Below, piece after piece: positions 1-13,646 of a stretch of DNA of 64,000 nt. How positions within the stretch are numbered: position 1 is the first letter of the stretch; every line of letters begins with the position of its first letter. The notes below the pieces were generated by a model, which had not been told where the DNA came from, made no database searches, and was given only the letters and a program-made list of their open reading frames with translations. A program made the translations under genes and the position numbers. Source of the stretch: Octopus sinensis (Eukaryota); the NCBI RefSeq assembly GCF_006345805.1, contig NC_043007.1, forward strand, positions 54,312,001-54,376,000. Reading direction: 5' to 3'.

Positions 1-2401
1 CATATCAGAATGGAGATAGTTCATTCACATATAAAACAGTTATGATGAATCATTGACATATAACAGAATGACAGTGACTCATTCATGCACAACAGAATGA
101 GCCTCTGCTCCAGGGTGAGGATGGATAAGGCTCATTCACGCATAAGAGAGTAGAAATAAATTGTTCTTCAATCAAGAGCACAGTTACTATTCTCACACTC
201 TACTCATTTTAGTGTTTTCCAGTAATTTCACAAACATCTGTCCTTTTACCTGTGTGGTAAATCTTATTTGTAGAACATAGAAAAAAGATCACATTTTTGC
301 TTAATTATTCTATAACTTATCCTTGTATGCTTTAATTACTCCCCATATTAACTTCTCTGCTAAATGTGTAACTCTAACCTTCTATATCTAATCTGTAATC
401 CACCAAACTGAAATTAAACTTATGTTCATAGCTAGTAAAGTACCTTTCTATCTCACTACTTGCACACAGTACATAAACATTCATCTACATTCTAACATCT
501 CATCAAACCTACTTCCATTGTACCAATAGTAGTGAAATACAAAAACAAAAACAAAAACAAACAGCAACTTTCCAGATAGTATTCAGTTGAATCAGTATTC
601 AACTCAAATCTTGTTCATTGACAGAGATTCATCCAAAAACAATCTACAGTATACTGTTACCCACTATCCCTCACTGATTCTTCTTACTCTTACTGTTTCT
701 GCTGCTCCCTTGAACTAACAAATCTCTACCTTCTCCAACTGTGGTCCACCCATTTCTCTCTCCTCTAAATTTCCCTACTGTTTCTCATCTCTGTTCTCAT
801 CCTGCTTTCAACAATTTTTCCACTCTTTCTTCCACAGAGCAACAGTTATTTGGAATCCCTCTCCACCTTAATTTTTCTTCCAAAATTAACCTACAGAAAG
901 TGAACATCAGCTGAATCAGTCACATCAGTATGTAATGTAGAGCCTACATAGGCCCAAAGAGCTACTCTTTTCCTTTTAATTAATTTGTTTTTAATTGTCA
1001 GATATTTTGAAGCTAGTATTAACATCCATCATTATTTTAGCACTGTTAATCCTTAAAGACTTGGCTTTTAGATTTGTTTATGTCAAAATTCTAATACCAA
1101 TATTTTTGTATTTTTTCCATGTGAAGAAGCTATTGCAGAAAATGTATCTAGTTTGAATAACTTTGGGCAAAATAAGTGTAATAATAGTTAAAACACCAAG
1201 AGAGGAGGTGGGGGAGGAACAGAAAGGGGAAGAGAAGATGGAGGAGGAGAGATGCATTGGGTGATCTACAAGGGAAATGGTAGGTAGCTTATTAATTCCA
1301 AAGAACAGCACATTGTAATAAAGGAAGTTTATGAAATAATTTTAAACATCCATTAGTAGTTTGTAAAAGCTAGTTTGCTGAGAGTGCTCTTCTATTGAGA
1401 GTAATTGTGATGATAATGATGTTGAAAAGAAAAAAAAAAAGAAAAAAACCCAACCCAAATCTAATGGCACCAATGTGACTAATTGTTATAAAAGCGCAAA
1501 CAAAAGAAATAAAACAGATCCATTGGTTGATATGAAAATTACTAAATAGTATAATGTATCTGTGTATATGTATGTCAATGTGTGTGTGTGTGTGTGTGTG
1601 TGTTAAAATATATCAGGTTTTGACAGCAGTTTCAATATTGACAAGTTAGTGAAAGCACAATAAATAATAAGAGGTTAAGATGGACAGCATCAGATATATT
1701 TTAATCGGTGAGTAAACACTTGTATTTTTATCTTAATTTTCATTTTAAGGGAAATACTACTAAACTTATTGATAACAATAATATTTTATTAACCACTTTA
1801 TTATTAGTATGAAATATCATTCACAAGCATTAGCAAGGCAGTGAAGATTGAAACAGTAAAGTGTGTAAGTCATTTTGGGTCTCTGCTACAAATGATTATG
1901 TTTTTCATTACAAATTTTCAATAAGAACCAGTAATACTGTGGAGGATCCTTTCATCTGAACCTCCTTCCATTCTAATAATTCACCTCATGTAATTTATCT
2001 CCATCATCTAGTCTGACCAGTTTGCATTCTTCCTCATACTAAATTTTATAAAAAGGTGGTACCTGACTGAATAACCAGGACTGCAGGCTGCACAATGATT
2101 TTGAAAGTCGTGGAAATTTCTCTTCTTCAATTATTTACAAATATCCTTCAGAAGTTCTTGAAAGCTAAAATAACCTGGTCTTCTTTTTTATTAACATAAA
2201 GCAGAAGCCATTATTAAATATCATATTGCCAGTCATCACAGCCTCTCCTCTGAGCTATATCCTCCTGATATCCATCCATCATTTTTATCATTGATCACTT
2301 TTCCATACTCATTCACCCATTATATATATCTCTGGTCACATCCAACTCATTTCTATCTATTGTTTACTCCCCTTACAAACACACATATGCACATGCACGT
2401 G

Positions 2402-2433
<32 letters not shown>

Positions 2434-2914
2434 CTCTCTCTCTCTCATTCAACCTTTACTTACTCTTTCTGATCCTCCTGCCAATATAGCTCTCTTCTGT
2501 ACACCATCTTGGACACGTTATCTTGTAGCTACATTTTGGCTCCTCATCAACATCTCTCTCTTTCTAGTATCATACCAATTACCTCCATCATCCATATGTA
2601 AGATGGTGTTGCACACCCAACCCACTGACTTTTGCAACATCCTCTGACTCTCTCACATTAGCCATTGACACTACTTTTTCTTTTACCTTTGAATTAATCC
2701 TTTCAATAATGCTGTTTGTCAATTTCTCCACTAACACCCTGTCACAACAATAAACTTTGTCCTTCCTTCATATTGTAACTTCTAAACATCTCACCCAAAG
2801 TTGGTGCTTTCTCTCTTGCTTTACCTCTCAGTCATGGGGGTTCTTTAATCGTGTAAGGTTATAAAGTGATCTCTAGTGCTGGTGCCATGAAAAATACATG
2901 CAGTATAGTTTGTA

Positions 2915-3053
2915 AGGTGGCTGGCCTTAGGAAGGACATTCATTGGAATCATGAAAACTGATACATGAGAATGAGACATGGTCTTCCAACCTACTGGATC
3001 CTGTTGAATTGTCCTACCTATGGCAGCATGGAAAGCAGACATAAAATGATCAC
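2915..3053 (+). mobile_element. Degenerate RTE-family 3' tail fragment
   Basis: aggaaggacattc...ggcagcatggaaagcagacataaaatgat resembles the 3' tail of better-preserved copies at 59567-59735 and 61850-61985. Confidence 0.5.
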
Positions 3054-3282
3054 TGTATATACCAACTTTTAGTTACTATCCACATGTCCCTTTGATAGTT
3101 AAACAGCTCTTTCACACAGTTTCACTCTCTGTTTAAGAACAAAGCCCAACATGTTAGATGTTCTACTCCTTGTGGTAACTGAATATACTAGCTATTCCAC
3201 AAACTTCCCTTGCACACACTTGTATGTATGAGTGTGTGTAGGATATTGTTCTCTTCACTTTTGAAAACTTGGTCCATATATC

Positions 3283-3640
3283 GTTGTCATTGTCGTCATT
3301 GTTGTCTTTGTCATCGTCGTCATCGTTGTCATCATCGTCATCGTTGTTGTCGTCATCATCATCGTCATCAACATCATTCATTTTCCATGCTGGCATGAGC
3401 TAGATAGTTTGACTGGAACTGGTAAGCCAGAGAGCTGTTTGGTTTGGCATGGTTTTTATGGCTGGATGCCCTTCCTAATGTCAACCACTCCAAGAGTGTA
3501 TTGGAGTGTATATGCCTTTTATGTTTCATCAGCACAGGTGCCTTTTATGTGTCACCAGTACAAGTGTCTTTTACATATTATTAGCACTGGCTATGACTAC
3601 AATTTCACTTGGCTTGACGTGTCTTCTCATTCATTGTTAA
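3283..3640 (-). mobile_element. RTE-family 3' tail with (GAT/GAC)n tail
   Basis: (cat/cgt)n tract followed by ttccatgctggcatgag...ggctggatgcccttcctaatgtcaaccactc, the reverse complement of the family tail. Confidence 0.65.
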
Positions 3641-4007
3641 TGTTGTTGTTTTGCTGTGTGGATGATACTATATAACACTCAAAATCTGCTTGCACTCATC
3701 TGAAGCTTTTTGCAACCATTTTTCTTCTGAGATAGCATCAGTGAATTTCATTCTTCTCATGGAAGCATTAAGTTAATGTCAGAACCTTGCAGATTTCAAT
3801 GTCTTTGGAACAAATTTCTTCCATGGATCAGTCATGTAACCCAAAATAATAGTACCAGTGCTGAAAATGCATTATGGTATAGTGCATTATTTTATGAAGG
3901 AGTCCTGATTACTATAATTTTTTAGTCTCATACAATGTCCTCTAGTCACTGTAGCTTTCTTTACAGCTCCTTATTATAATATATTTACAGTAATACTTAG
4001 GTATTTA

Positions 4008-4418
4008 GGATCTTTTCGGTTTGAACGGCAGTTTTTTCTAGCGGTGTCATATGAAATTGTCACCCATAATTATGACCCTAGAATCGATCTATTGCATTTC
4101 AATCTGTTTCAGGGTTAGGGTTAGGGATAGGGTTGAGGGGAAGGGTATCCTTTTTTCTTCACAACCCAATCTGTTTCTTAAACGAGGGACATATTCATAT
4201 GGCACAGAATTTTTTTTACCTCAATAGACGTCATCGATTGGTTCAAACTGCCAAAATTCGAGAAATTAAACTACGTTAAACTTACAAACTACAATTTTTT
4301 CAGGAAAGCCAAGAGAAAAAGATATTTTATTTGACACATTCTACCAGTATACGAAGTTTAAAATTTTTTAGTTACCTAGAAATTATGTTAAAAACTGCCG
4401 TTCAAACCGAAAAGATCC
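4008..4418. mobile_element. MITE with GGATC-initial TIRs and 8-bp TSD
   Basis: TIR ggatcttttcggtttgaacggcagtttt / aaaactgccgttcaaaccgaaaagatcc; identical 8-mer ggtattta at 4000-4007 and 4419-4426; second copy at 50834-51239. Confidence 0.9.
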
Positions 4419-4744
4419 GGTATTTATATCACTTATGTGGAAAAGGGTAGATATAGAGAGAAACTATTGAGGATTTGGGGTTTCAGAAACAGTTTTTGTA
4501 TTCATCTGCTAAATATGAATATTTCTTTTGGCCAAATTTCATCCCTGTATCAGCAGGGAATGTTATGATGAAATCCATCTGTTTCTGAACAGTGTAAATA
4601 TTTTGAGTGTAGACCTTTAGATTGCCCACAAAGAAATAAAGATTACATTAGTGTCTCTTGTTGTATACCTAACACATGACTTACAGGAACTTTAGTAAAA
4701 GAAATGACTGAATTTTTGTGCTGAAAGAAACAGAAACAAAGATA

Positions 4745-4873
4745 GAATGAATGAATGATTGAATGAATGAATGAATGAATGAATGCATGTATGTATGCAT
4801 GTATGTATGTATGTATGTATGTATGTATGTATGTATGTATGTATGTATGTATGTATGTATGTATGTATGTATG
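4745..4873. repeat. (TGAA)n/(TGTA)n compound microsatellite
   Basis: Direct reading; source of the MYVC/HTYI pseudo-ORFs. Confidence 0.95.
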
Positions 4874-5583
4874 TATTAAATGCACTTTATGCATGTATGT
4901 ATATACAGTTGTATGTATGTATGTTTTTCTTTAGGATTTATTTTAAGTTATCTTTCCTATGTAAAATTGAAGTCAGTCATTACTAAAGTGGTAAGACTCT
5001 TTTCGTTAAGTCAAAACAGGCTCTTGAAGTTTATGGTTACCTGAATTCATTAACGTATGCATATGTGTGTTGTGTGTCTGACACATTAGAACATAAGTGT
5101 ATGTGTTTCATTACTGTTTATGTGCAAACGTGTATATGTACTCAATATGTACATGTGGTGGTGTGCATATGTTTACCCAGGAATCTCAACTGGAAAATCC
5201 CCGAAATGTTTTACAATTTTTACTGTGTCTCTAATCATCTCTATGTGGAGAAGGCAAACCAGTTTGTTCTTTTCTTTTATGGCGATCCAAAGCATTTCTA
5301 GTTTTCTATGCATATCTGTTTATGTAGCCCAGTGCACCCTTAATTGTCCTTGGGTAGCAACTGTTATTTCCTATTTGATTACCTCTAGAAAGTATGAAAG
5401 ATGTCTATTTCCTTCAAACTTTGCTTTTGTTACATTTATTGAAACCCCAAAGAATCTCTCTCAGCACATGGCTACGATGCTCCCCCATTACTCCTGTTCA
5501 TGATCAGAGATGCACATATTGTCAGGGACATGCTCAAGTGGCTACGGTCAAGCAACTGACAAGCAAATTTCCAGTATGATGAT

Positions 5584-5757
5584 CCACCCATTAATGATGA
5601 AATAATGGTAGTTGTTAAACTGATGAATACCAGCAAAGCCCCTGAGAATGATGGCATTGCTGCTGAATTGGTTCAGAAAGGTGGTGATGAGATACTGAGG
5701 TTTTTATTCACCATATTTCATATAGTGTGGATGAGAGGCAAAACCCCACAAGAGTGA
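5584..5757 (+). pseudogene. RTE-like reverse transcriptase fragment
   Basis: Translates PPINDEIMVVVKLMNTSKAPENDGIAAELVQKGGDEIL..FTIFHIVWMRGKTPQE, the KAPG.DGI..E pre-RT motif of non-LTR elements. Confidence 0.75.
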
Positions 5758-6779
5758 CAACTTTATGAGATCAATAAAGGCAGCAATGCAACAGAAAGTG
5801 TAAGGAATATTAATGCAGTATATGGGGATCTGACAATAAGTGTAAGCCAATGTCAATGGTAATTCCTGAAATTTTGAGCCAGAAACTACAGCCTAGACGA
5901 CCAGTCTCGTCCTGGAAGATCTGTAAAGCTCGACGAGGACAGTCTGAAAACCCTGGTGGAACAAAATCCCATCATAACTGTTGAGGAACTAGCAGAGAAG
6001 CTTAGATTTGGTTATTCAACCATTCATCAACACCTGTGTACCATTGGAAAAGTCAGAAAATTAGGTCAATGGGTTCCTCACAAACTTTCTGAGTCTAATC
6101 ATGTGTAGAAAGTGAATGTGTGCTCTTCTTTGCTGTCACATCTCATGAATGAACCTTTTTTTTACTGAATAGTGACTGGTAATGGGTTTTCTATAAAAAT
6201 GTTAAGCGCCAAACACAGTGGGTAGGGAAAGGAGAAACACCAGTGCCCCAGTCTAAAGAAGGTCTTCTCCCACGTTATCTCTTTGGTGGGATATGAAAGG
6301 TTTAGTGCACGTTGAACTTTTATACCCAAACCAAACAACGACAAAGGAGATCTACTGTGAGCAGCTTGAGCGGCTTAAGTCAGTGTTAGAAGAAAAACGA
6401 CCAGCATTTGTTTCAAGACATCTTTGTCTTTCCATCAGGATAATACTTGGCTACATACAGTGAGGATGACATTCCAAAGGCTGGAGCAGTTTGAATGGGA
6501 AACGATGTCCCACCCACCATATTCGCTGGATATTACCCCATTTAATTATCATTTATTCCGCAGTCTTCAAAATCATTTGGATGGAAAAAACATGAATTCT
6601 GTAGATGAGTTCAGAACAGTAGTGGAGGAGTATTTTTCATCACGGACAAGTGGATTTTGGAAGAGCATTGTAGAAAATGAAGGAGAGTATATTTTGGATT
6701 AAAAAAGAACTTTGTTTATCTTAATTTTGAAAAATAAAAGAAGTATAAAAAACTGCATTATTTATGGGATGACCCAATA
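5758..6779 (+). mobile_element. Mariner transposon, 5'-truncated, transposase pseudogene
   Basis: HTH region, GQWVPHKL motif, IVTG, HQDN, HPPYSLDITPFNYHLFRSLQNHL (YSPDLAP-type motif); 3' TIR ...cattatttatgggatgacccaata; multiple stops and frameshifts. Confidence 0.92.
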
Positions 6780-7116
6780 CATGGGTCATCCCATGACATG
6801 GGACATGTCATGTCTTATAGCTGTTACAGTGGTCACAGATCATTGAACAGCAATCACGATGTCAGAATTTTGATACCTGGCATGAATCATCATGATACAG
6901 GTGACTCTTTTCCAATATTCAGATGGCTTTCAGTCCTCCATGTCAGCTAACTTTTTTCTCAACAACAACTTTAACTTTTATGCTCACCAACGTGTAATAT
7001 ATATCTATATGTACATATGTGTGTGCATATATATATATGTTTATATATGTGTATATGGAGTTGTATATATATATGTGTATGTTTGTGTGTGTATATGTTT
7101 GTACATATATATATAT

Positions 7117-10100
7117 GGTCATCCCGTGTCGCTCTTCCCATGGTCGTCCCTTGTCATGATGAAAGAGCTTGTGTGTGCCAATGATTCTGAGAGTGATACC
7201 GTCTGGAGTCTAGACTCCTGGTAGGGCCACCCATGGCAGCAAGCTCGAGGACGAAGTCCCAGACTAAACACAACCAAACACCAATATCAAGACCCAAATG
7301 GCGGAGCAAGCAAATGAGGGCTATCTTGAGCCCCCAGGTATTAACTCCAGCAGAAGAGGGCAGGCATGACAAATGTGGATAGATTCCGGCAGCTCACTGC
7401 AACTAGCCCCATCAAGACTGCATGTCTCAATTCTTGAGCTGCAGTGGAGAAGTTCCTGGCCAAGTGCATGCATGTGGTCATCATGCAGCCACGATCACCT
7501 CAAACAATTTACTCAGTGAATGGCTTTGTCATTCTAATCTGTCTCAAAAAGCCCAATGTTGATGGTATTGTGAGCACCGGAGGCAGATCTGGAAAGCTGG
7601 AAGCCTCTAATCCATGACCACACATTGAAAGCGAATCTTAGATGGTCGCTCTCCAATGAATAGCTGTGGCATTGGGGTTTGGCAGCTAGACCTGTGACTG
7701 GGCTGGCCTCTTTAGTATTACCGCAGAAAAGCCCCTAGAAAAGGTGGGGTTAACATTGAACATGGCAACTCGATCTGGCCAGCATACTGTGGCTAGTGGA
7801 CCTCCCACTTAGTAGTCAGAACTTTACTAAATCCTCTATTTCACAACCTTTCACCTTCGGGGCCTGGAACATCTGTACTCTCCAGAATAAGAGTGACATT
7901 AATCGACCAGAGTGACATACAGCCCTCATCTGCAAGGAAATTGCCCACTTCAACATAGATATGGCAGACTTGAGCGAGACTAGGCTTCCTGGAGAAGGCA
8001 GCATCAGAGAAGCTGGCTCCAAATACACTGTCTTTTGGGTGGGGAAGAATCCTAATGAACCACGCAACCATGGAGTTGGCCTTGCCATCAAAATGCAACT
8101 CGTGGTCAACACAGACTCGTCCCAACTGCTGTCAGTGAGTGCCTGATGACTGTTTGGATCCCACTCATTCAGGACAGATTCCTTACATTGATTTCTGTGT
8201 ATGCCCCTACCCTCACATCTGAAGACGACGTCAAAGTTTCGTTCTACAATCTGCTGGACTGCATACTCAGACAGTCCCTGTGTATGACAAACTCGTCGTG
8301 TTGGAGGACTTTAACGGCAGAGTCAGCAGTGACCATTGTCTGTGGAATGGCATTCTTGGCCATCACGGCATTGGGAAATGCAATGCTAAAGGCCAGCTCC
8401 TCCTGGGCCTTTGCGCCGAGCATGAACTCATCATCACTAACTCCCTATTTCGCCTCCCTACCCGACAAAAAACCACCTGGAAATACCCATGGTCTAAACA
8501 CTGGCACACCCTCGACTACATTCTGAAAAGATCTAGGGACAGACGAGATGTATGTATCACCCACTTTATGCCTGGTGCCGATGATGGCTGGACGGATCAC
8601 CACCTTATTTCTCGCCTTGAAATCAAGATCCACTGCCCACCAAAACAGGTCTTAGCAAATACCTCTTGCCAACGCTTCAACTGCGCCAAACTCCAGAACT
8701 CACAGGCATCCCAAGACTTTAGGGAATCCATTGAGAGACACTTGATGGTCCTCCCAGAGTCAACCTCTATTGAGGATCGCTGGACCAGCCTTTGTGAAGC
8801 CATGACTGCTGCTGCCAAGGAGACAATTGGCTTTGCCTGGAAGAAGGACCAAGACTGGTTTCACAAGAATGATGAAACCATCTCCCGTCTTATTGAAGCC
8901 AAACTCCAGATGCGCCTCGCCACTGCAGAGAACAAACGAAAACATCAGCAAGCATCGGCGGAATGCCAGCAAGGAATTCGAGAAGCTCAGAACATCTGGA
9001 GGCAGAGGAGATGCAAAACTATGCGGACTAATGAGACTTGCACAGTTTTTATGCTGCAACCAAGATCTTTGGCCCCACAAGGTCATCAGTGGGCGGCCTG
9101 AAGAACACAGCTGGCAGTACGATAACCGACACCCAGGGAATCCTCGATCGCTGGAGGCCCCATTTTGAGTGTCTACTTAACGACCACTCATGCACTCCTG
9201 ACGATCTCCAACACACCCCACAGCTCCCCATCTGCCACTGGATGTCCCTGCCACCATGAGTTCAACAAGGCACTTGTGCACATGAAGCCAAGGAAAGCTC
9301 CATGACCAGACAACATCCCGTTTGAGTTTTTCATGTACGGAGGTACTGAGCTGAGAAATCATCTGATGCTCCTTATCCTCAAGATCTGGGAATACAAGAC
9401 GCCCCTGCCCCACGAACAACTTCTGCAATGCAACTATCATCACCATCTACAAGACGGGAGACCGAGAGGATTGCAACAACTATCGAGACATCTCACTCCT
9501 GAGTATTGCAAATAAGATCTTCGCCCGTATCCTACTCAATCGCCTCCTCATCCCCGCGGAAAACGTCTCTCTGAGTCCCAGTGTGGTTTTCGAACCTCTC
9601 GAGACACAATCGACATGATCTTTTGTACCCGTCAACTCCAGGAGAAGTGTCAGGAGCAACAACAGCCAGCAATGTTCATCTTCTGGGATCTAAAGAAAAC
9701 CTTTGACAAAGTCCTCTGTCCTGCAACGTGGGCTGTCCTAGCCATATTTGGATGTCTGGAAGACCTGGTTTGCTCCCTCCACGATAGCATGGTGGTAGGG
9801 TATGCCATCAAAATGCCCTCACAGACCTGTTTCCCATCACTGGGGGTGTTAAGCAAGGATGCATCCTAGCACCAACCTGTTTCTCTTTGTACATGGTTGC
9901 TATGTTCAACGAAATCCCACTAGACTCGTCTTCCATCAACATACGTTATCACTTGGACGGTAGACTCTTCAATCTTGCACGTCTCCGTGCAAAGACGAGG
10001 ACCTCTGCCATCTCAGGTTGTGAGATGCAGTATGCTGACGACAATGCCACTCCGAGCCTACAAAGAACGGCCGATCTTTACAACACAACTTACGAATGCT

Positions 10101-11028
10101 TCAGAATGCATGTAAACACATTAAAGACCAAGACACTGCACCAGGCTAGAACAGTGCACTCGCAAACATTAGCGTCAACGGTCATCCCTTAGAAGAAGTT
10201 GAACACTTCACATACCTTGGAAGTATCCTTTCAAAGACCCCCACATGTGAAAATGATGTGGAGAACGGGATTGGGGCAGCCCACTCCGTCTCCAGCAGAC
10301 TCAGCCAACGTGTATTTTTCAATCATACGCTGACCATCCGGACAAAGATCATGGTCTTCTGTGCCATTGTCCCGTCAACTCTACGCTTGTGAGATTTGGA
10401 CGTTGTGACTTCAAGCGCCTTGAATGCTTCCAGCAATCGAAGCCACGACAGATCCTCAACATACAATGGGAAGATCACTACCAAGTGTCAAAGCCACCAT
10501 TCTTCGCCATCGTCCCTGCTGGGCAGGTCACATCCAGCATATGGAAACCTCTCGTCTGCCAAGAATCATGCTCTACGGACAACTTGCAATCGGAACAAGA
10601 CCCGGAGGAGGTCCAAAATTCTGTTTTAAAGACCAGCTAAAAGGAACCTAGACTCAAGCTAACATCCAGCCATCATCATGGGAACAGATTGCCTTGGATA
10701 GGACAGCTTGGAGGACTGCTATCCACAATGAAGCCAGCTCCTTCAAGCAGAACAGACAATAGAATGAGGAGGTAAAACGCAGGAGAAGAAAGGAGCCTCT
10801 TCAACATCCTCAACCTGCACCAACCATCCCGTGCGAGTTTTGCCCAAAACTCTTTCACCGCCGACTTGGACTCCAAAGTCACTTTCAACACAAACATCAG
10901 CCGAGGAAACTGGATGGAAATTGACAAACCCAATGCTCGGATACGAGCTGGAGCCGATGTATGTATGTATGTATGTATGTATGTATGTATGTATGTATGT
11001 ATGTATGTATGTATGTATGTATGTATGT
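7117..11028 (+). mobile_element. Near full-length decayed RTE-clade LINE
   Basis: 5' UTR, APE endonuclease (LSETRLPGEG, GVGLAI, ISVYAPT, EDFNGRV, WTDHHLI), RT pieces (QCGFR, WDLKKTFDKV, QYADD), C-terminal region, (ATGT)n tail at ~10957-11028. Confidence 0.92.
7830..10900 (+). pseudogene. APE endonuclease-RT ORF of RTE LINE, frameshifted
   Basis: ORF-track pieces 7961-8146, 8146-8526, 8280-9101, 9615-9869 and 9887-10192 tile one APE+RT protein. Confidence 0.9.
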
Positions 11029-11806
11029 ATTATCTTAATAATACTAAAACTTTAGAGATGTTAGTGTGTACCAGAAAAATCTCAGAAATAGTATATTTTA
11101 TCTTAATTTTTTTTTTGTATATTTATTTTCATACTTACCTTCGGCAGTGTAGTTCAATTTTTTGTGATATTTGGACCTCTATTTATTAAGGAAAACGAGT
11201 AAACACAATTTTTTTTTCTGGGCGGAAAAAAAACATGGCTTCCATGACTTCAACACACATACACAATACACACACATATAATGAATGTCATGGTGTGTCA
11301 ATCAACACAAATACACGTCTGCTATCTGTGACATGCAGACACATGTAATCTTCGTGCTCTCTAGGAAAAAAAAACTTCGACCTTTTGACGTACATAATAT
11401 TTTAATCATTTAAAAATATTTTAAACTGAATGTGACTTCAAAAATGTAAGTTGTTTGTACAGTAAGTATTTATATTTAAGCTTTTGTTAAACAGACAATA
11501 TTTTAATGCTTTTTTAATTATTATCAAGTGAATGGTAATCTTTCACTTGTAATCCAGAGTTCGTTAATTTCCATAAAAAGTTTTTATTTATTTGTTTTAA
11601 TGTGAAAGAGAGGAGAAAGTGAAAGATGTATGCATGTGTTTATGAAATGGACATGCGTGTGTGTGAAAGAGAGAGAGAGAGAGAAAGAGAGAGAAAGAGA
11701 GAAAGAAAGAGAGGGAGAGAAAAAGAGAGAGAGAAAGAGAGACAGTGGGTGTGTTGTCATGTATACATACGTACATCAATACATATGCGTACATCTTTTT
11801 TGTATG

Positions 11807-11846
<40 letters not shown>

Positions 11847-12206
11847 TGAGTGAACGTGTGTGTTCTTATGTATGAATGACTCACTCTCTCTCTCTCACAC
11901 ACACACATACATTTCTTATACACGGTCATACATCTTTTACCTTCTCTCTTTTACTTTAAAACAAAAGTAAATAAATAAAAAAAATTACGGAAATTAACGA
12001 ACAAAACAAACTGATACAGATGACAGTTTTGAGAGTCAAAGCGAAAGATCGCCCCAAGGGAGGGCTGTGTAAAAATAAAATATGCCAAGTGATGATGGAA
12101 GTTCACAGACACACACATATACAGATGTACACACAGAAACAAGCATAGGCACATGCAGAATAAGGAGGTAGAGAATAAAATTGCTATTGTAACAATTTAT
12201 AGTTTA

Positions 12207-12592
12207 CTAGCAGTATCACCCGGCGTTGCTCAGGTTTGTAAGGGAAATAACTATAAAGCATTTTTAGAGAGTTATAGCCAAAAAATAGCAAAAAAATGGA
12301 AACAAAATGATGGTAAATTTTTTTTGAGAGTAAAAAAAGGTTGAGTTGCGTCCCCTAGACAGTCTGTGGTTTGTTTTTTTTTATTCTCGACCCCATGTCG
12401 AATTTATCGATTTTTTTCAGAACTGGGGGAACTTTTCAAAATTTTCGCTGCGTTAGTTTTGAATTATGACATTGGGCTATGTGTGTGTCAAGTTTCATCA
12501 GAATCGGTTGAAAGCCGTGGTCAGGGTGAAGGTACAAGCAAACAGACACACAGAAACACGCACAGACAAACTGCCGTTTATATAGAGAGAGA
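12207..12592 (-). mobile_element. Non-autonomous Helitron
   Basis: Minus strand starts A|TCtctctatataaacgg and ends gcaacgccgggtgatactgCTAG|T: canonical TC...CTAG termini in an AT target with a GC-rich subterminal motif. Confidence 0.8.
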
Positions 12593-12605
12593 TATTAGCT
12601 TTTTC

Positions 12606-13091
12606 GGATCTTTACCATTTGACCAACAGATTTAAAAAATAATTTTTTGTAACTAAACATTTTCAAACTTCAGATACTGGTAGAATGTGTCATATAAAAC
12701 ATCTTTTACTCGTAGCGTTTTTAAGAAAAGCTTATATTTAGGAAGTTATTTCACGTTAAAGTTGTCGTATTTCGTTAATTTCAACCAGTCAATGACGTGT
12801 GTTCAGCTGAATAAAATTACTGCTGTTGCTTGTCAACAACAGCTATCGGCGGTGTATTTTTCGTTTCATTGTTCGTACGTTTGTACTGGCTTTAGCTTTA
12901 AGGTTTTAGAGTTAGGGTTAGGGTTAAGGTTTTAGGGTTTTAGGGTTAAGGTTAGGGTTAAGGTTTTAGGGTTAAGGTTTTAGGGTTAGGGTTAGGGTTT
13001 TAAGGTTAGGGTTGTCGTAAATAACAGTGACAAACGAAATATACACCTCTGGAAGTTCTTGTTGACAAACAACGGCAGTAATTTTATTCAG
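12606..13091. mobile_element. GGATC-family MITE/foldback remnant with central TTAGGG tract
   Basis: Starts ggatctttaccatttgacc, shares the atactggtagaatgtgtc motif; internal inverted arms 12807-12872 / 13023-13091 flank (TTAGGG/TTAAGG)n. Confidence 0.7.
12890..13013 (+). repeat. Degenerate interstitial telomere-like (TTAGGG)n
   Basis: ttagggttagggttaaggttttagggtt... read directly. Confidence 0.9.
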
Positions 13092-13094
13092 TAA

Positions 13095-13400
13095 TTTCAT
13101 CCACGCATGCGCAGGGATTTGAGCCTTCCGGAAGTCATCATCAGCAGCTAGGCTTGACCGCTATTCTTTCTCTTCGGCCCCGGCTTCTGACCAGACAGGA
13201 TGCAACTTAGACCAGCTCCGTGGAGCTGGAATTCTGACGGCGAGCGATGTTGCGAGTCTGTGAAAATGCCTTCGTATTTTTGTGTCTAACTACTAACCCT
13301 ACGGCTTCCACTCCAAGACGTTCAGGCTACCGATGTCCAGAGATGAAATGTTTATTCAGGCGAAATAAATTATTATTGTTATTTGTTCGGAGAAACTTGC
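13095..13400 (+). mobile_element. Partial LTR (family A), copy 1
   Basis: Direct repeat of 13681-14013; contains aataaa. Confidence 0.7.
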
Positions 13401-13646
13401 AAAGACTATTTACATTTGACATTCTCTATTGTGTTACCTGTGACAGACAGATGTTCTTTTGTGTACTGGACATTTTCAATGTTTTGCTATTGAACATTTT
13501 GTAAAAAAAAAAACCCATTTTTTGTGCACATTCTTTTTTGAGTTGTCATATTTTGTGCCACATCTTGTGGGTGATCAGTAGCCATCTTGTTTCTGGCACC
13601 ACTACAATCTTTCTATTTTCGTGCTTCCGCACTCGAGGGGGAGCTT

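Noticed and set aside
1-2300. Possible highly decayed LINE fragments
   Set aside because: No motif recognisable with confidence
7117-7350. HDV-like ribozyme at RTE 5' ends (also 30083-30250, 37050-37265)
   Set aside because: Known for some RTEs, but the nested double pseudoknot could not be assembled by eye; needs a descriptor search
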